IMG/VR virus record: IMGVR_UViG_3300025162_000050 | Location: 6,838 to 70,837 of that record | From: a virus | DNA length: 64,000 nucleotides | Direction: 5' to 3' (one strand) | Part shown: positions 46,413-56,233 of the stretch, in pieces | Layout: each line of letters opens with the position of its first letter | Numbering within the stretch: the stretch's first letter is position 1 | The notes under the pieces: generated by a model | Told to the model about the DNA's origin: nothing | Databases searched by the model: none | The model's input: the letters and a program-made list of their open reading frames with translations, nothing else | Made by a program: the position numbers and the translations under genes

Positions 46413-47919
46413 AAATTTCCCTAAGGTTTTTTCTAATCATTTTTTTAATTTGATTATTTGATAATTTTCCTAATAATATTTGCTCGTCTAAAGCTTTTTG
46501 CTCTAAACTTTCTTCATAATATGAAGCTTTATCCCTATATTCATAATGCCATGTTATATCACCATTTTGTACAATATATCTATTTCTAGTAAAGTCAAAG
46601 AATGGTTCAAATGGTTCATTACATAATTGAGTATCTCTTAAAACTTCATTATAAGTATAAAACTCTATGAATTTATGTTTTGTTGCATCTTCAATTATAT
46701 ATGGCACTGGTGTCGGTGAATATGCTGATAAATACATTTCTATACAATCGTCTTCGCATACTTGAAAATTCTGACTAACAAATTGTTTTGCACACAAATA
46801 ATCAAAATAACTTTTCATTAATACACCAGATACAAAATAAAATGTTTTTTTGATAACTATAGATACATCCGTGTATCCAGCTGGTGTTGATTCTATCAAT
46901 CCTTCACATGGATATCCATTATAATAATAAAGTCCATCTTCATTAAAGAATATTTTATTCTTTTGGATATAATTTGATACTTTTATCTTGTCACATTTTG
47001 CACTATCTACCCACTTCTTTCCATATCCTCTGTCACCATAAACACCACTTTGAGCTCCGTATTCAGGCCATTCTTCAAAGTCCTCATAACCACCATATGC
47101 AATACGTGATTGAGGAAATTTCTTAGCATTTTCAGCACGTTGTTTTTCCCAATTTACAACTAGTTTATCAACTTGCTTGCGCTTAGACCTGTCAATTGCA
47201 ATTTCAGATATTATTCTACCATTTTTAATAGTGAATAATATATTACTTTCTACATTTTCAACTTTAGCATCAGTATCATTAATAAATTCTAAAGATTCTT
47301 CCATTGATGAAAACCAATATGAATTTTCTTCTTTAATACAAGACAATGGTCTTTCGATGTAAATATCGTTGTCATTTTCATAGTATAAAGATGCTCCTTT
47401 GAATACTTTAATAGTATCAATTCCATCACGCCAATCCCAAAAAACAAAGGTTCCAGCTCCATCATATTCTTCAAGAACTCCATATCCAGCTTTATAAACT
47501 ATTCTACAGAATATTTGAGAATCAGATTCAGTTAATGTAAAATCTACATTATATTTAGTTGCAAGCTCTTTGTAATTTATTAAAGTGCCATTATGAATCA
47601 TTGAGAAAACAATTTCATTACGTTCATTCCTGATCGCCACTGGTTGAGCTGTTGCTAAACTAATCCCACCCACTGATGCTTTACGGCAATGTAATAATGC
47701 GAAATTTGGTAACTCAAGATCTACATCTTTTAATCCACCAAGTTCTACAAAATTCTTATAAAGTTTTGTTTTATCATGTCCATAGTGTACTGAATTTACA
47801 CCATCATTATTTATAAAGATACCACAAGAATCTCCTCCTCGTGAATCATTATATAGTCCAAGAATATTGAACTTGTATTTATTAAAATTATTTCCTATAT
47901 AGCCTGAAATCCCACACAT
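46399..47919 (-). CDS. class II (Ntn) glutamine amidotransferase
   Basis: MCGI N-terminal Cys, RG.DS.G, H.RKAS.G, HNGTL and SDS motifs. Confidence 0.9.
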   Translation of the reverse strand: MCGISGYIGNNFNKYKFNILGLYNDSRGGDSCGIFINNDGVNSVHYGHDKTKLYKNFVELGGLKDVDLELPNFALLHCRKASVGGISLATAQPVAIRNERNEIVFSMIHNGTLINYKELATKYNVDFTLTESDSQIFCRIVYKAGYGVLEEYDGAGTFVFWDWRDGIDTIKVFKGASLYYENDNDIYIERPLSCIKEENSYWFSSMEESLEFINDTDAKVENVESNILFTIKNGRIISEIAIDRSKRKQVDKLVVNWEKQRAENAKKFPQSRIAYGGYEDFEEWPEYGAQSGVYGDRGYGKKWVDSAKCDKIKVSNYIQKNKIFFNEDGLYYYNGYPCEGLIESTPAGYTDVSIVIKKTFYFVSGVLMKSYFDYLCAKQFVSQNFQVCEDDCIEMYLSAYSPTPVPYIIEDATKHKFIEFYTYNEVLRDTQLCNEPFEPFFDFTRNRYIVQNGDITWHYEYRDKASYYEESLEQKALDEQILLGKLSNNQIKKMIRKNLREIYARN

Positions 47920-47921
47920 CC

Positions 47922-48734
47922 TTAGTATTTTAAGTTGATTTTATATTTTGATACAATCTTTTTGGCTTCATCAATATTGCCAGAATTGATTGTTTCTACA
48001 ATCCAGTCTTTATCATTATTGATTTCATCAATTCCAAATTCATTTAAGTAGTTGATAGCCTCAAAAGCCTGCCTAAATATATATTCAGTTAGTTTTGGGT
48101 CGCTTAAGAAAAATCCACTTAGCACTCTAAATTCAGTTCCAAAAATCGTGTGGCGAAAGCAGCCAGCCCTACCATATAGACTTCTACGTTTGGTGTCAGT
48201 ATCAATGATTATTGATGGAATTCCCATAAAAACATCCATTGCTTTAATCAAATCTCTTGAACGCTTAGCTGTTTTATTATCATAACCAAGATGCACATGC
48301 ATCCCGCAGCTGCGTAAGTTGGTTGAAGTACCTTGTGGTTTCTCATTAACACCATTTGTCCATGCATTATAATCAGGACTACAACCAAATTCCTTAGCTT
48401 CATCTGAAGTTAATTGGTCATCATCATAAACTCCTGAAGCTGCATATATTGGATGTAAGCCTTTCGATTCCAATAATCCACTAATGTATGCTTTCATGAT
48501 AGAAACGTTATTAGCTACTTCTTGAGCTGTATATCCATGAGGTACATTAAATTCTCCAAGAACATTATCTTTTTGAATTGCAAATCCAGAACCTAAAAAC
48601 TTTAATCTATTGGGAATATCTTTTGTTCCTTTGATAATTCCTATTGAAGAAATTAATTTACCATCTTTATTTTGTATAAAAAATTCAGGGTCAGTTCCAA
48701 TTGTAATATTTTTGTATTGAAAAATTTCTTGCAT
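47922..48734 (-). CDS. phiEco32-like COOH-NH2 ligase type 2
   Basis: IGTDPEFF, DNV..EFN, FGC.PD.NAW, LRSCG.HVH, RR.LYG.AG.FR and EFRVLS motifs. Confidence 0.9.
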   Translation of the reverse strand: MQEIFQYKNITIGTDPEFFIQNKDGKLISSIGIIKGTKDIPNRLKFLGSGFAIQKDNVLGEFNVPHGYTAQEVANNVSIMKAYISGLLESKGLHPIYAASGVYDDDQLTSDEAKEFGCSPDYNAWTNGVNEKPQGTSTNLRSCGMHVHLGYDNKTAKRSRDLIKAMDVFMGIPSIIIDTDTKRRSLYGRAGCFRHTIFGTEFRVLSGFFLSDPKLTEYIFRQAFEAINYLNEFGIDEINNDKDWIVETINSGNIDEAKKIVSKYKINLKY

Positions 48735-48771
48735 ATTTTTAAATTTTGTTATTATTTTATACTTTAATTAA

Positions 48772-49668
48772 TTATCTTAAATTTACATCTAGGAATTCTA
48801 AATCGTCATCATTAAGTTGCCATTCTGGAGTATTTCTAACTGGTCTTCGTGCTTGAGCTGCTATCTCATTGGCCATTATATTTAAATTACCCCAATCAAT
48901 ATTATTTAGCTCTGCACGTACATCTCTTATTTGACCAGCAATACCAGCATCTGCGTTAGGAGCTTCAACATCCTCTTCAATTACCATTGGAGTAGTTTCT
49001 ATCGTATCTTCTAAATATTCACGAATAAGAACATTAATATATCTTACAGCATTAGAATCTTTTGGCATATATTCTGGATGACCCTGAATACATAACGAAT
49101 TAGTAGTTTTGTAATAAACTATTTCACATTCTACAAAATTACTTACTAATCTTTTTTCTCTATCTTCCCCATTTAAATATGTAGTTGATAAATCTTTTGT
49201 TGATTTAGCTATTAGAGTATAACTTTCTTTATCTAAGTGAAATGGATACATCATTTGATGATGAGTGCTTGTGATATCAATATTCACATCTTCATTCATT
49301 AAATGAATTTTATGCGTTCCACATATTGCATGATTTGTTACATGTTGAATTAATTCTCCACCAGACATAATAGTCAGCCATTGACTCCCGCGACAAATTC
49401 CCAAGCAAAACTTATTATACATTCTTGCCTCATTAAAAGCTTTTACCTCGCGCCTATCTCTATCTATATTAGTTCTAGTAAATTGACCTTTTTTTTCACC
49501 ATAATAAGATGGATGAACATCTTCTCCGCCAGTAAATAGTACTATATCTGCTTCTGAAATAGTATCGACTATCTTAATCTTATCTAAGAATAGATCAGTA
49601 TAACCAACATCTCTACCAACAACATAAACTTTTATTTCTTTATTCTTTTCAATCATTTCTTTGTTCAT
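48772..49668 (-). CDS. class I glutamine amidotransferase / peptidase C26
   Basis: FTGGEDV.P..YG, GICRGSQ, S.HHQ and QGHPE motifs. Confidence 0.9.
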   Translation of the reverse strand: MNKEMIEKNKEIKVYVVGRDVGYTDLFLDKIKIVDTISEADIVLFTGGEDVHPSYYGEKKGQFTRTNIDRDRREVKAFNEARMYNKFCLGICRGSQWLTIMSGGELIQHVTNHAICGTHKIHLMNEDVNIDITSTHHQMMYPFHLDKESYTLIAKSTKDLSTTYLNGEDREKRLVSNFVECEIVYYKTTNSLCIQGHPEYMPKDSNAVRYINVLIREYLEDTIETTPMVIEEDVEAPNADAGIAGQIRDVRAELNNIDWGNLNIMANEIAAQARRPVRNTPEWQLNDDDLEFLDVNLR

Positions 49669-50425
49669 AATTAATAATTAACACTTTCTTAATTTCATCG
49701 CTTATGATATTTTTTTCTACACAATCCCAAAATCCAGATTCTTCATAATCATTTTCATTATATTCAATCCTATTTTCTGGTGTAGTTGCTCTATCTTTAA
49801 AAAATCCACAAACATTAACTAATCTTCCTCTATACTTTAAATATCTCGATTTAAGCTGCCTGTTATTCATAGGTACAACACCAACATTATAAAACATTGC
49901 GTGTATATCTCTGTGACCATGTAGCGAATTTATTGCAATACATAATCTTTCCGTAAAATCAAGACTTTTAAATTCATCATGAGATTTCATTAAAAATGCT
50001 AATTTAATCATAATATTAAATGGCATTTCATATATATTTCTTATAAGTGAAGCTATAATCCTTAATTCATAGGGATATCTATTTCTAATATTAACTTCAT
50101 ATATCTTAAAATCAGTGCTTTTAATACTATCCAATATAAGAGTTTTACTTTCTTTTATAGATATACCAGTTATGTATTTAACCCAATTTAAATATTCAGA
50201 CACCTCTTGCTCATTAAGTAAACAATAGTTATCAATATAATCATCATTGAGTTTTTTGTCAAAAAATACTTTAACACCAAGTCTAGCGCTTATTTTAATT
50301 GTTGAATGTAAATAAGAAGATTGCCTATACATTTGATTAAAGCAATTTCCATTAATAAACTCTAATTGATTTTTATTAATCTTATAGAAATGATGTGTTG
50401 CATAGTTTAATCCATTAGTTACCAT
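49649..50425 (-). CDS. hypothetical protein within amidoligase cluster
   Basis: 258 aa. Ends at TGA, with TAA three codons later. Confidence 0.75.
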   Translation of the reverse strand: MVTNGLNYATHHFYKINKNQLEFINGNCFNQMYRQSSYLHSTIKISARLGVKVFFDKKLNDDYIDNYCLLNEQEVSEYLNWVKYITGISIKESKTLILDSIKSTDFKIYEVNIRNRYPYELRIIASLIRNIYEMPFNIMIKLAFLMKSHDEFKSLDFTERLCIAINSLHGHRDIHAMFYNVGVVPMNNRQLKSRYLKYRGRLVNVCGFFKDRATTPENRIEYNENDYEESGFWDCVEKNIISDEIKKVLIINYEQRND

Positions 50426-51269
50426 CTAACATTTTTCTAAGTTGTTCTTCATATTTTATAACAGTTACCTCTCCAAAACTTGCCGCTGAGTTTACTTCCA
50501 TCACTATAAATTCTGGATTACCGCCTCTATCACGACCTTTCTCTGACTGAACTTTAATATCACAAGCCCCAATATCTAATCCAACAGCATTTAAAGCTTC
50601 TACACATTCATCCACTATCAAATCCCAATTACTAGGTTTTTCAAATAAAGGATTTTCTTCCATTATCCATACTGAATTCATATCATGACGATGCCAACGT
50701 TCTTCAGCATCTTCTTTGAGCATTTTACGACAAGTGTAGAAGCATCCATCTTTTGTTACATGAAGACGATATTCTTTAGAATAATTGTAGTATTTTTCAA
50801 TAACGTAATTATGCAATGAGTTTTGATGCTCTACTATAAATTGTAAAAATTCATCTTTGTTTTCAATATAATAAATTCCATTACCTTTACAAGAGTTTTT
50901 GTGTTTTATAATTAGTGGAAACTCCAAGATATTTCTATCTATCATATCAACTAAATCTTCATAATCACAACTATCAACCCATTGTGGACTGGTAAAAAAT
51001 CCATCTCTATATGTAAACCATGCCGCTGATTTAACTTTTCCTTTCGTAAACAAAGTTTTCATTAATATTTTATCACCACTATTATGACAAGCTTCTGCTG
51101 TATTAATTTCAATGATAGGCTTATTTAAAGCTACACCACGAGGAAATATTTCTTCAGTAGGTGTAATTGACCCAAGTCTGAAAACAACCCTACCATTGAC
51201 CTCTATTAAGTTTTTAAGAGGTTGAGCTGTGTGATTCTTTGTGCGAATTTTTAAAAATGATTTTCTCAT
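50415..51269 (-). CDS. ATP-grasp (RimK-like) peptide ligase
   Basis: DK..MK, FPLIIK....KGNG, EYR.HV, GLDIGA.D and EVNSA motifs. Confidence 0.9.
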   Translation of the reverse strand: MRKSFLKIRTKNHTAQPLKNLIEVNGRVVFRLGSITPTEEIFPRGVALNKPIIEINTAEACHNSGDKILMKTLFTKGKVKSAAWFTYRDGFFTSPQWVDSCDYEDLVDMIDRNILEFPLIIKHKNSCKGNGIYYIENKDEFLQFIVEHQNSLHNYVIEKYYNYSKEYRLHVTKDGCFYTCRKMLKEDAEERWHRHDMNSVWIMEENPLFEKPSNWDLIVDECVEALNAVGLDIGACDIKVQSEKGRDRGGNPEFIVMEVNSAASFGEVTVIKYEEQLRKMLDGN

Positions 51270-51270
51270 T

Positions 51271-51834
51271 TTATTTGTTTTTTAATTGTGATAAATAAGA
51301 GTTTGCTAATTCAGTAATTTTCTTGATAGTAACACCATCTCCTTTTGATTTTTCTTGGTCACTTTGTCTGCTAAGATCGCAATTAGACACATTGATGCCA
51401 TCAAGTATTTCCATGAATTTATCTTCTATTAAAAGCCATTTTCTATCAAGATTTCCGCCATATTTAGGATGACTTTTAATTACTATTTTATGAACTCCAA
51501 AACAATACGATACATGCATTTTTCTTGTAGGATCTAATTGATAATTCAATAAAATATATGCAAATCTATCAATTTTTAATCTTGGAAATTTAGCTCTCAA
51601 AATAGCGTATAAATCAGTAAAACTTCTATTTCTTTCAACTCTGCATTGTTCACACCCATCTTTAAAATAAGTTGCTTCATTTCTTGGATTTTGATTATCT
51701 AAATATTTCTCAAGATATTTTTCTGGAGTTTTAATATTTTCATAACTTTTAATAACTGCAATTTTATCTAAGTCAATAAGTTCTCTATCGTTAGCTTTAA
51801 GAAACGTTTCTTTAATTATTTGTATAGTATTCAT
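51271..51834 (-). CDS. hypothetical protein, paralog of 52222-52698
   Basis: Shares YLE.Y, Y.KD...QC...RNRSF.DL..I..A.F and C..V.K.V with the paralog. Confidence 0.75.
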   Translation of the reverse strand: MNTIQIIKETFLKANDRELIDLDKIAVIKSYENIKTPEKYLEKYLDNQNPRNEATYFKDGCEQCRVERNRSFTDLYAILRAKFPRLKIDRFAYILLNYQLDPTRKMHVSYCFGVHKIVIKSHPKYGGNLDRKWLLIEDKFMEILDGINVSNCDLSRQSDQEKSKGDGVTIKKITELANSYLSQLKNK

Positions 51835-51845
51835 TTATTGTTATT

Positions 51846-52214
51846 TTATTGATTTAACCAATCGCCAGATTCTACTATTTTACAATTCTCTATATAATCT
51901 TTATCATCTTTTAGATAATAAACCCAACTTTTTACTCCAAGATTCTCTAATTCAATCTCACATCTATCATAAAATGATGGATAACCTTCATATTGGTCAA
52001 GAGTTCTTAAAGTATTTTTATCATCATCTTTGATTTTATATGTCTCAAAGACTAATTCATTCTTTTCTTCAGATTTTACTAATCCTGGAAATCCACCTAA
52101 ATGTAACATTTTAAAATTTACATTTTCTTTAGAGATACCAATAAATTCAGTATTATCCATTTTGTAATTTGCACCACATCCTTTTCGGAGGGTTCCATAA
52201 ACTGATATAAACAT
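51846..52214 (-). CDS. gamma-glutamylcyclotransferase (AIG2-like)
   Basis: VYGTLR.G..N, FPGL, LD.YEG.P..Y.R and SGDW motifs. Confidence 0.9.
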   Translation of the reverse strand: MFISVYGTLRKGCGANYKMDNTEFIGISKENVNFKMLHLGGFPGLVKSEEKNELVFETYKIKDDDKNTLRTLDQYEGYPSFYDRCEIELENLGVKSWVYYLKDDKDYIENCKIVESGDWLNQ

Positions 52215-52221
52215 CTTATTA

Positions 52222-52698
52222 TTAGTTATTTATGATTTGTTGTTGTTCGTAATTTTCAGATAACTCCTTAATTTCCATGAAAGATAATTCATTACCATAT
52301 TTTCTTTGTACATCTGAATAGTAATAAGCATCTTCTGTCTCTCTAAAATTAAATCCATATTCATGCATTTCTGATGTATAAAATACAACTTTTTGAACAT
52401 CTCCACATGGAATAAACCTTAATTCATTATTATTAAATAAATCAATAATATGAAAAGCTAATTCTCCTTCAGTAATCTCATTAAATCTAGCTTTTACTAT
52501 AAAGAATAAATCATAGAAACTTCTATTTCTTTGTGGATAACATTGAATAGTTCTATCTTTATAATATGAACCTTTAGTTCCATTCTTAAAATATCTCTCA
52601 AGATATTCTCTTACGTTTGTAATCTTTTTTGATTTACCACCCCAAAACACTTTTAAATCTTCAAGGTGTTTATATTTTTCATATAATTCTGGTAGCAT
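52222..52698 (-). CDS. hypothetical protein, paralog of 51271-51834
   Basis: QC...RNRSF.DL motif. Confidence 0.75.
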   Translation of the reverse strand: MLPELYEKYKHLEDLKVFWGGKSKKITNVREYLERYFKNGTKGSYYKDRTIQCYPQRNRSFYDLFFIVKARFNEITEGELAFHIIDLFNNNELRFIPCGDVQKVVFYTSEMHEYGFNFRETEDAYYYSDVQRKYGNELSFMEIKELSENYEQQQIINN

Positions 52699-53090
52699 TA
52701 TTTTATTAATTTAAGACATTTTTTTAATCCAAATTCTAGAACTTCTTCATAACTTCCAAAAATAGCATTACCTAAATATTGCGATGATTTTTTATGACAA
52801 GTTTCACTATGAACTATGTATTGATATTTTCTGATTGACCAAAAGCAAATAACTATTTGAAGATGAATATCAAATTTATCTCTAATCCATTTTTGCAATA
52901 AACTTTGTGTTGGAGCAAATAAACTGTCATTTAATGAATTATATGGAAAATCTTCATTTTCATACATATACCAAGATTCGCCTTCAATTCCATAAATATT
53001 TCTACAATGCATATTAAAGCCTTTCTCTTTGGCTAATTTGGCAGTTTCAAATGATATTAATTGTTCTTCTAATTCTATATTATTTTCCAT
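52698..53090 (-). CDS. conserved Bacteroidota-phage hypothetical protein
   Basis: ISFETAKLAKEKGF, APTQSLLQKW.R and YEE.LE.GL motifs. Confidence 0.7.
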   Translation of the reverse strand: MENNIELEEQLISFETAKLAKEKGFNMHCRNIYGIEGESWYMYENEDFPYNSLNDSLFAPTQSLLQKWIRDKFDIHLQIVICFWSIRKYQYIVHSETCHKKSSQYLGNAIFGSYEEVLEFGLKKCLKLIK

Positions 53091-54093
53091 TAATTAAAAA
53101 ATTAAATGTATTTTTAAATATTTCTTCTCCATGTTTTTGTCTAAATTGAAATGGGTCTTTTGATTCATAATATTCTGGTATTTCTATTTGAATTAGATTA
53201 TGCTTATCAGCCAATTCTTTTCCATAAATTCTACCATAGTTTTCTGGTTTATCAAAATCATTATCATATAGTACAAAGACATTTTTAAATCTTGATTTAA
53301 TCTGGTCCATTACATTACTTTTAAATGTTACAGATTCAGCCTGACCACTTGTTGATGGTATTCCAGTATTAGCCCATATAGTTAAAGCATCTTTCCTACT
53401 AGAAGTAATGATTATATTCTCATCAGTTTCAGGTAGTTTACTCCACAAGTCCCATACAGACCTATCGTGGTTGTTTAACCACTTGTAATTTTCACTGAAT
53501 GGTTGATATATTTTGTATGTTGGAAGTCCATCCTTGAACTCTATGTAAGCATAGGCGTATTTCTCGCATGGGATAACCATGTCTTTACCATTTTTGGTTA
53601 TAAACATATGTGATATAGGATATATATCACCAAAAGATAACCATTCTTCTGTTATTCCACCACTACCCCAAAATTCTATATCGTGAGTCCTTAATGGTCT
53701 TACTTTTACATTTATCTTGGATATTTCTGATTTATGAACAGAATTATTTTTTATTGAAGTATTACGTTTGATTTTTACCAAGTCATGACCTAATATCATT
53801 TCATTATAAACTTTTTGTAAACATTCTTGGAATGTTAGTTTGTATAAATCCATGAGTAGGTCAAATATTCCACCTTTCTGATTCGTTCCACCAAAGTCAT
53901 AAAACCTTATATTCCCATTTTTATTGTGATCAATTTTAAATGATGGGCCTCTATCTTCTCTTAATGGCGAATTAATCATTATTGGTAAATCTTCTATTCC
54001 AATATAAAAGTTAAGAATGTCTAATTCTGTTTTATAATCAAAAATAATATTTAATAATTTTTCTATTGTTGGAAATCCATTTGATATTGGCAT
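53080..54093 (-). CDS. DNA primase (crAss-type, TOPRIM)
   Basis: SPLRED..PSF, YDFG, KIYQP, ITSSRKD and LYDND...G...KDP motifs. Confidence 0.85.
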   Translation of the reverse strand: MPISNGFPTIEKLLNIIFDYKTELDILNFYIGIEDLPIMINSPLREDRGPSFKIDHNKNGNIRFYDFGGTNQKGGIFDLLMDLYKLTFQECLQKVYNEMILGHDLVKIKRNTSIKNNSVHKSEISKINVKVRPLRTHDIEFWGSGGITEEWLSFGDIYPISHMFITKNGKDMVIPCEKYAYAYIEFKDGLPTYKIYQPFSENYKWLNNHDRSVWDLWSKLPETDENIIITSSRKDALTIWANTGIPSTSGQAESVTFKSNVMDQIKSRFKNVFVLYDNDFDKPENYGRIYGKELADKHNLIQIEIPEYYESKDPFQFRQKHGEEIFKNTFNFLINGK

Positions 54094-54175
54094 ATATTGT
54101 TTTATTTCATAATTAATATATTTTATTTTTTTTTGTTATTTAAATTATTTGTTATTAATTAAAATTGTTTATATT

Positions 54176-54252
54176 TGGAATATCAGAGGGACTCAAACCC
54201 CCACAAAGCCCTTGTTAACGAGCCCACTCTATTCAATTAAGCTATGATATTC
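54176..54252 (-). tRNA. atypical/degenerate tRNA, anticodon undetermined
   Basis: Reverse complement folds as G-AATATCA/TGATATT-C-CA acceptor, D arm GCTT-AATTGAATA-GAGT, anticodon arm GGCTC-GTTAACAA-GGGCT (8-nt loop) and T arm GGGGG-TTTGAGT-CCCTC. Confidence 0.65.
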
Positions 54253-54308
54253 TTTTTGACAACGTAGGAGTTGTCGTTTATTCAATTAAAGTCGAATTTA
54301 ATTATTTA

Positions 54309-55232
54309 TTAATTATTCCAAAAGTTATCTGGTGTGGTTTGTGCTGCATTTGCAGGAATACCACTATTCATAGCTGCCATAAATGGGTCATCATCAACAT
54401 CTGCCGATGCCTTAGCTGGTCCCTCAAATACTGTTGGTTCGTTGTTGTAAATCCTGAATTTAAGGTCTGCTGGTCCAAAATCAACATTCATTTGTGATTG
54501 ACGTTCAGCAATGTCTCTTTTAATATATTCAAGATTAGTTGTGCCATATTTCAATGGTTTTTTCAAATACCAAGCTTGATATTGCTTGTTATCTTCATTC
54601 GTACGGACTCCACCGGCTAATAGTACAATATTGGTTTGTTTGCGAAGATTTACAACCGATACAAACTCTTTAATATCTCCATTAAAATAACTTTTAATTT
54701 TTTCAAGTTGAATTTCAGCCTTACTTATATCTGGAATAACTTTATCTTTAAATGCACGATTAGGAATTCCTAGATATTGTTTAAGAAATCCAACCAATTC
54801 CACTTCACCTCTAAATGCTGGACGCATCTTGGTTGTATTATACCAAGCCATATTATCAGGTACTGTATTCTTCTTAGCATCTTCTACTGGAATACAAGCG
54901 TTTTCTCCATAAAGATTAAGCATATATACTTTACTTTCGTCTGAAGTATATGCTGGTTTATCTTCAAGAAAAAATGGTATTTTAGTAATGATTTCTTCAT
55001 TGCAGCCTAATTTATCATTGATTACAGTTTTCATTATGAAGTCAATCCTCAATTTCTTTACTCCAGCTTCATCTGCTGAAATATATTCAGGCTCTTTTTC
55101 TAAATCCCTACCATAAATTGCTTCTAATTCTTTTTTACTTGGGTTAACAGCTACCACCATTAATGGGATTAAACCTGTCATTAATCTTGCACCACCCTGT
55201 GTTTCTTTTGTTTCAACTCCTTGTGAAATCAT
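54309..55232 (-). CDS. single-stranded DNA-binding protein (crAss-type)
   Basis: VVAVNPSK.EL, EPEY and RIDF motifs with an acidic DDDPF tail. Lies between the primase and the AAA ATPase. Confidence 0.7.
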   Translation of the reverse strand: MISQGVETKETQGGARLMTGLIPLMVVAVNPSKKELEAIYGRDLEKEPEYISADEAGVKKLRIDFIMKTVINDKLGCNEEIITKIPFFLEDKPAYTSDESKVYMLNLYGENACIPVEDAKKNTVPDNMAWYNTTKMRPAFRGEVELVGFLKQYLGIPNRAFKDKVIPDISKAEIQLEKIKSYFNGDIKEFVSVVNLRKQTNIVLLAGGVRTNEDNKQYQAWYLKKPLKYGTTNLEYIKRDIAERQSQMNVDFGPADLKFRIYNNEPTVFEGPAKASADVDDDPFMAAMNSGIPANAAQTTPDNFWNN

Positions 55233-55235
55233 CTT

Positions 55236-55424
55236 CTAATTGTTTTGTTTATTAAATTCTATTAATTTTTTGTTTATTTCTTCTATTTGACCATTTAAAA
55301 AACTACGTTGTTCGTTAAATTGTTCAATTGCCTTTTGTCTTTTAGCATAAAGTTTGGCTATTTTTGTATTTAGTTTAGTTCTATTCGATTCTAAACTTTT
55401 AATAACTGAATTACCTATACTCAT
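55236..55424 (-). CDS. small coiled-coil protein
   Basis: 62 aa with a heptad pattern. Confidence 0.6.
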   Translation of the reverse strand: MSIGNSVIKSLESNRTKLNTKIAKLYAKRQKAIEQFNEQRSFLNGQIEEINKKLIEFNKQNN

Positions 55425-55512
55425 ACTGATTTAATTTCTTCTTCTGGAACGTAATGACAACAATAAATTAATTGTCCTTCAGAACTTCCTATACAATAAA
55501 ATATGTTCATAA

Positions 55513-56211
55513 TTAAATTCCGTAATAGTTACGAATTGTATCGTCTACTAATTTTAAACTATTTGGAATTAAAAAGTCATTAAACATTCTTATTGGACTT
55601 TTACCAGTACTTCTATTTGCTTGAGTTTCAAATTCATAGGTATTTGCACCTCTTAAACCTCTTGTCATACTTGTAAATAATACTATTGGAAGTTTACTTT
55701 CAAGCTTAATTTTTTCTAATTTCTTGCCATTAGTAACTAGACATTTAGTTTCTTCTCCATCAGCATCAGTAAATACTGTTGTATGGCCAGCTAAATATAC
55801 AATTATATCTGGTCTTAATTCTACATTACAAAACACAATTAATGAATATATTTCCTGCGCCAAGTCGGCCCACTTGTCGTGAGTTTTCTTTTTGATATCA
55901 TTCATTTCTTTGTCAAGCATAATACCATTCATTGTATCTATATATATAGATTTTACTTGCTGAATTTTATTTAATTCTTTAAGTTTATCCTCAATTTCTT
56001 TTTTGTCTGATATTGTAAAGACATTTCCACCTTCAACCCAATTCTTATCACCAGGAAATGGTAAATCTTTTCTATCACTATTAATAATAACCGTTGATTT
56101 TGGATTCATCCCCTCATATCGTTCGGGATTGTAACTTCCATCTGGGTTAATTACTATAGATGTCGTTTTGCCCATACCACTTGGGCCAAGAATTCCTACT
56201 GTTTTAGCCAT
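55513..56211 (-). CDS. AAA ATPase (AAA_24/Sak4-like)
   Basis: GPSGMGKT Walker A, IYIDT Walker B and KSP..MF...IPN.L motifs. Confidence 0.85.
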   Translation of the reverse strand: MAKTVGILGPSGMGKTTSIVINPDGSYNPERYEGMNPKSTVIINSDRKDLPFPGDKNWVEGGNVFTISDKKEIEDKLKELNKIQQVKSIYIDTMNGIMLDKEMNDIKKKTHDKWADLAQEIYSLIVFCNVELRPDIIVYLAGHTTVFTDADGEETKCLVTNGKKLEKIKLESKLPIVLFTSMTRGLRGANTYEFETQANRSTGKSPIRMFNDFLIPNSLKLVDDTIRNYYGI

Positions 56212-56233
56212 TAACTAATTGATTTATAAGTAG

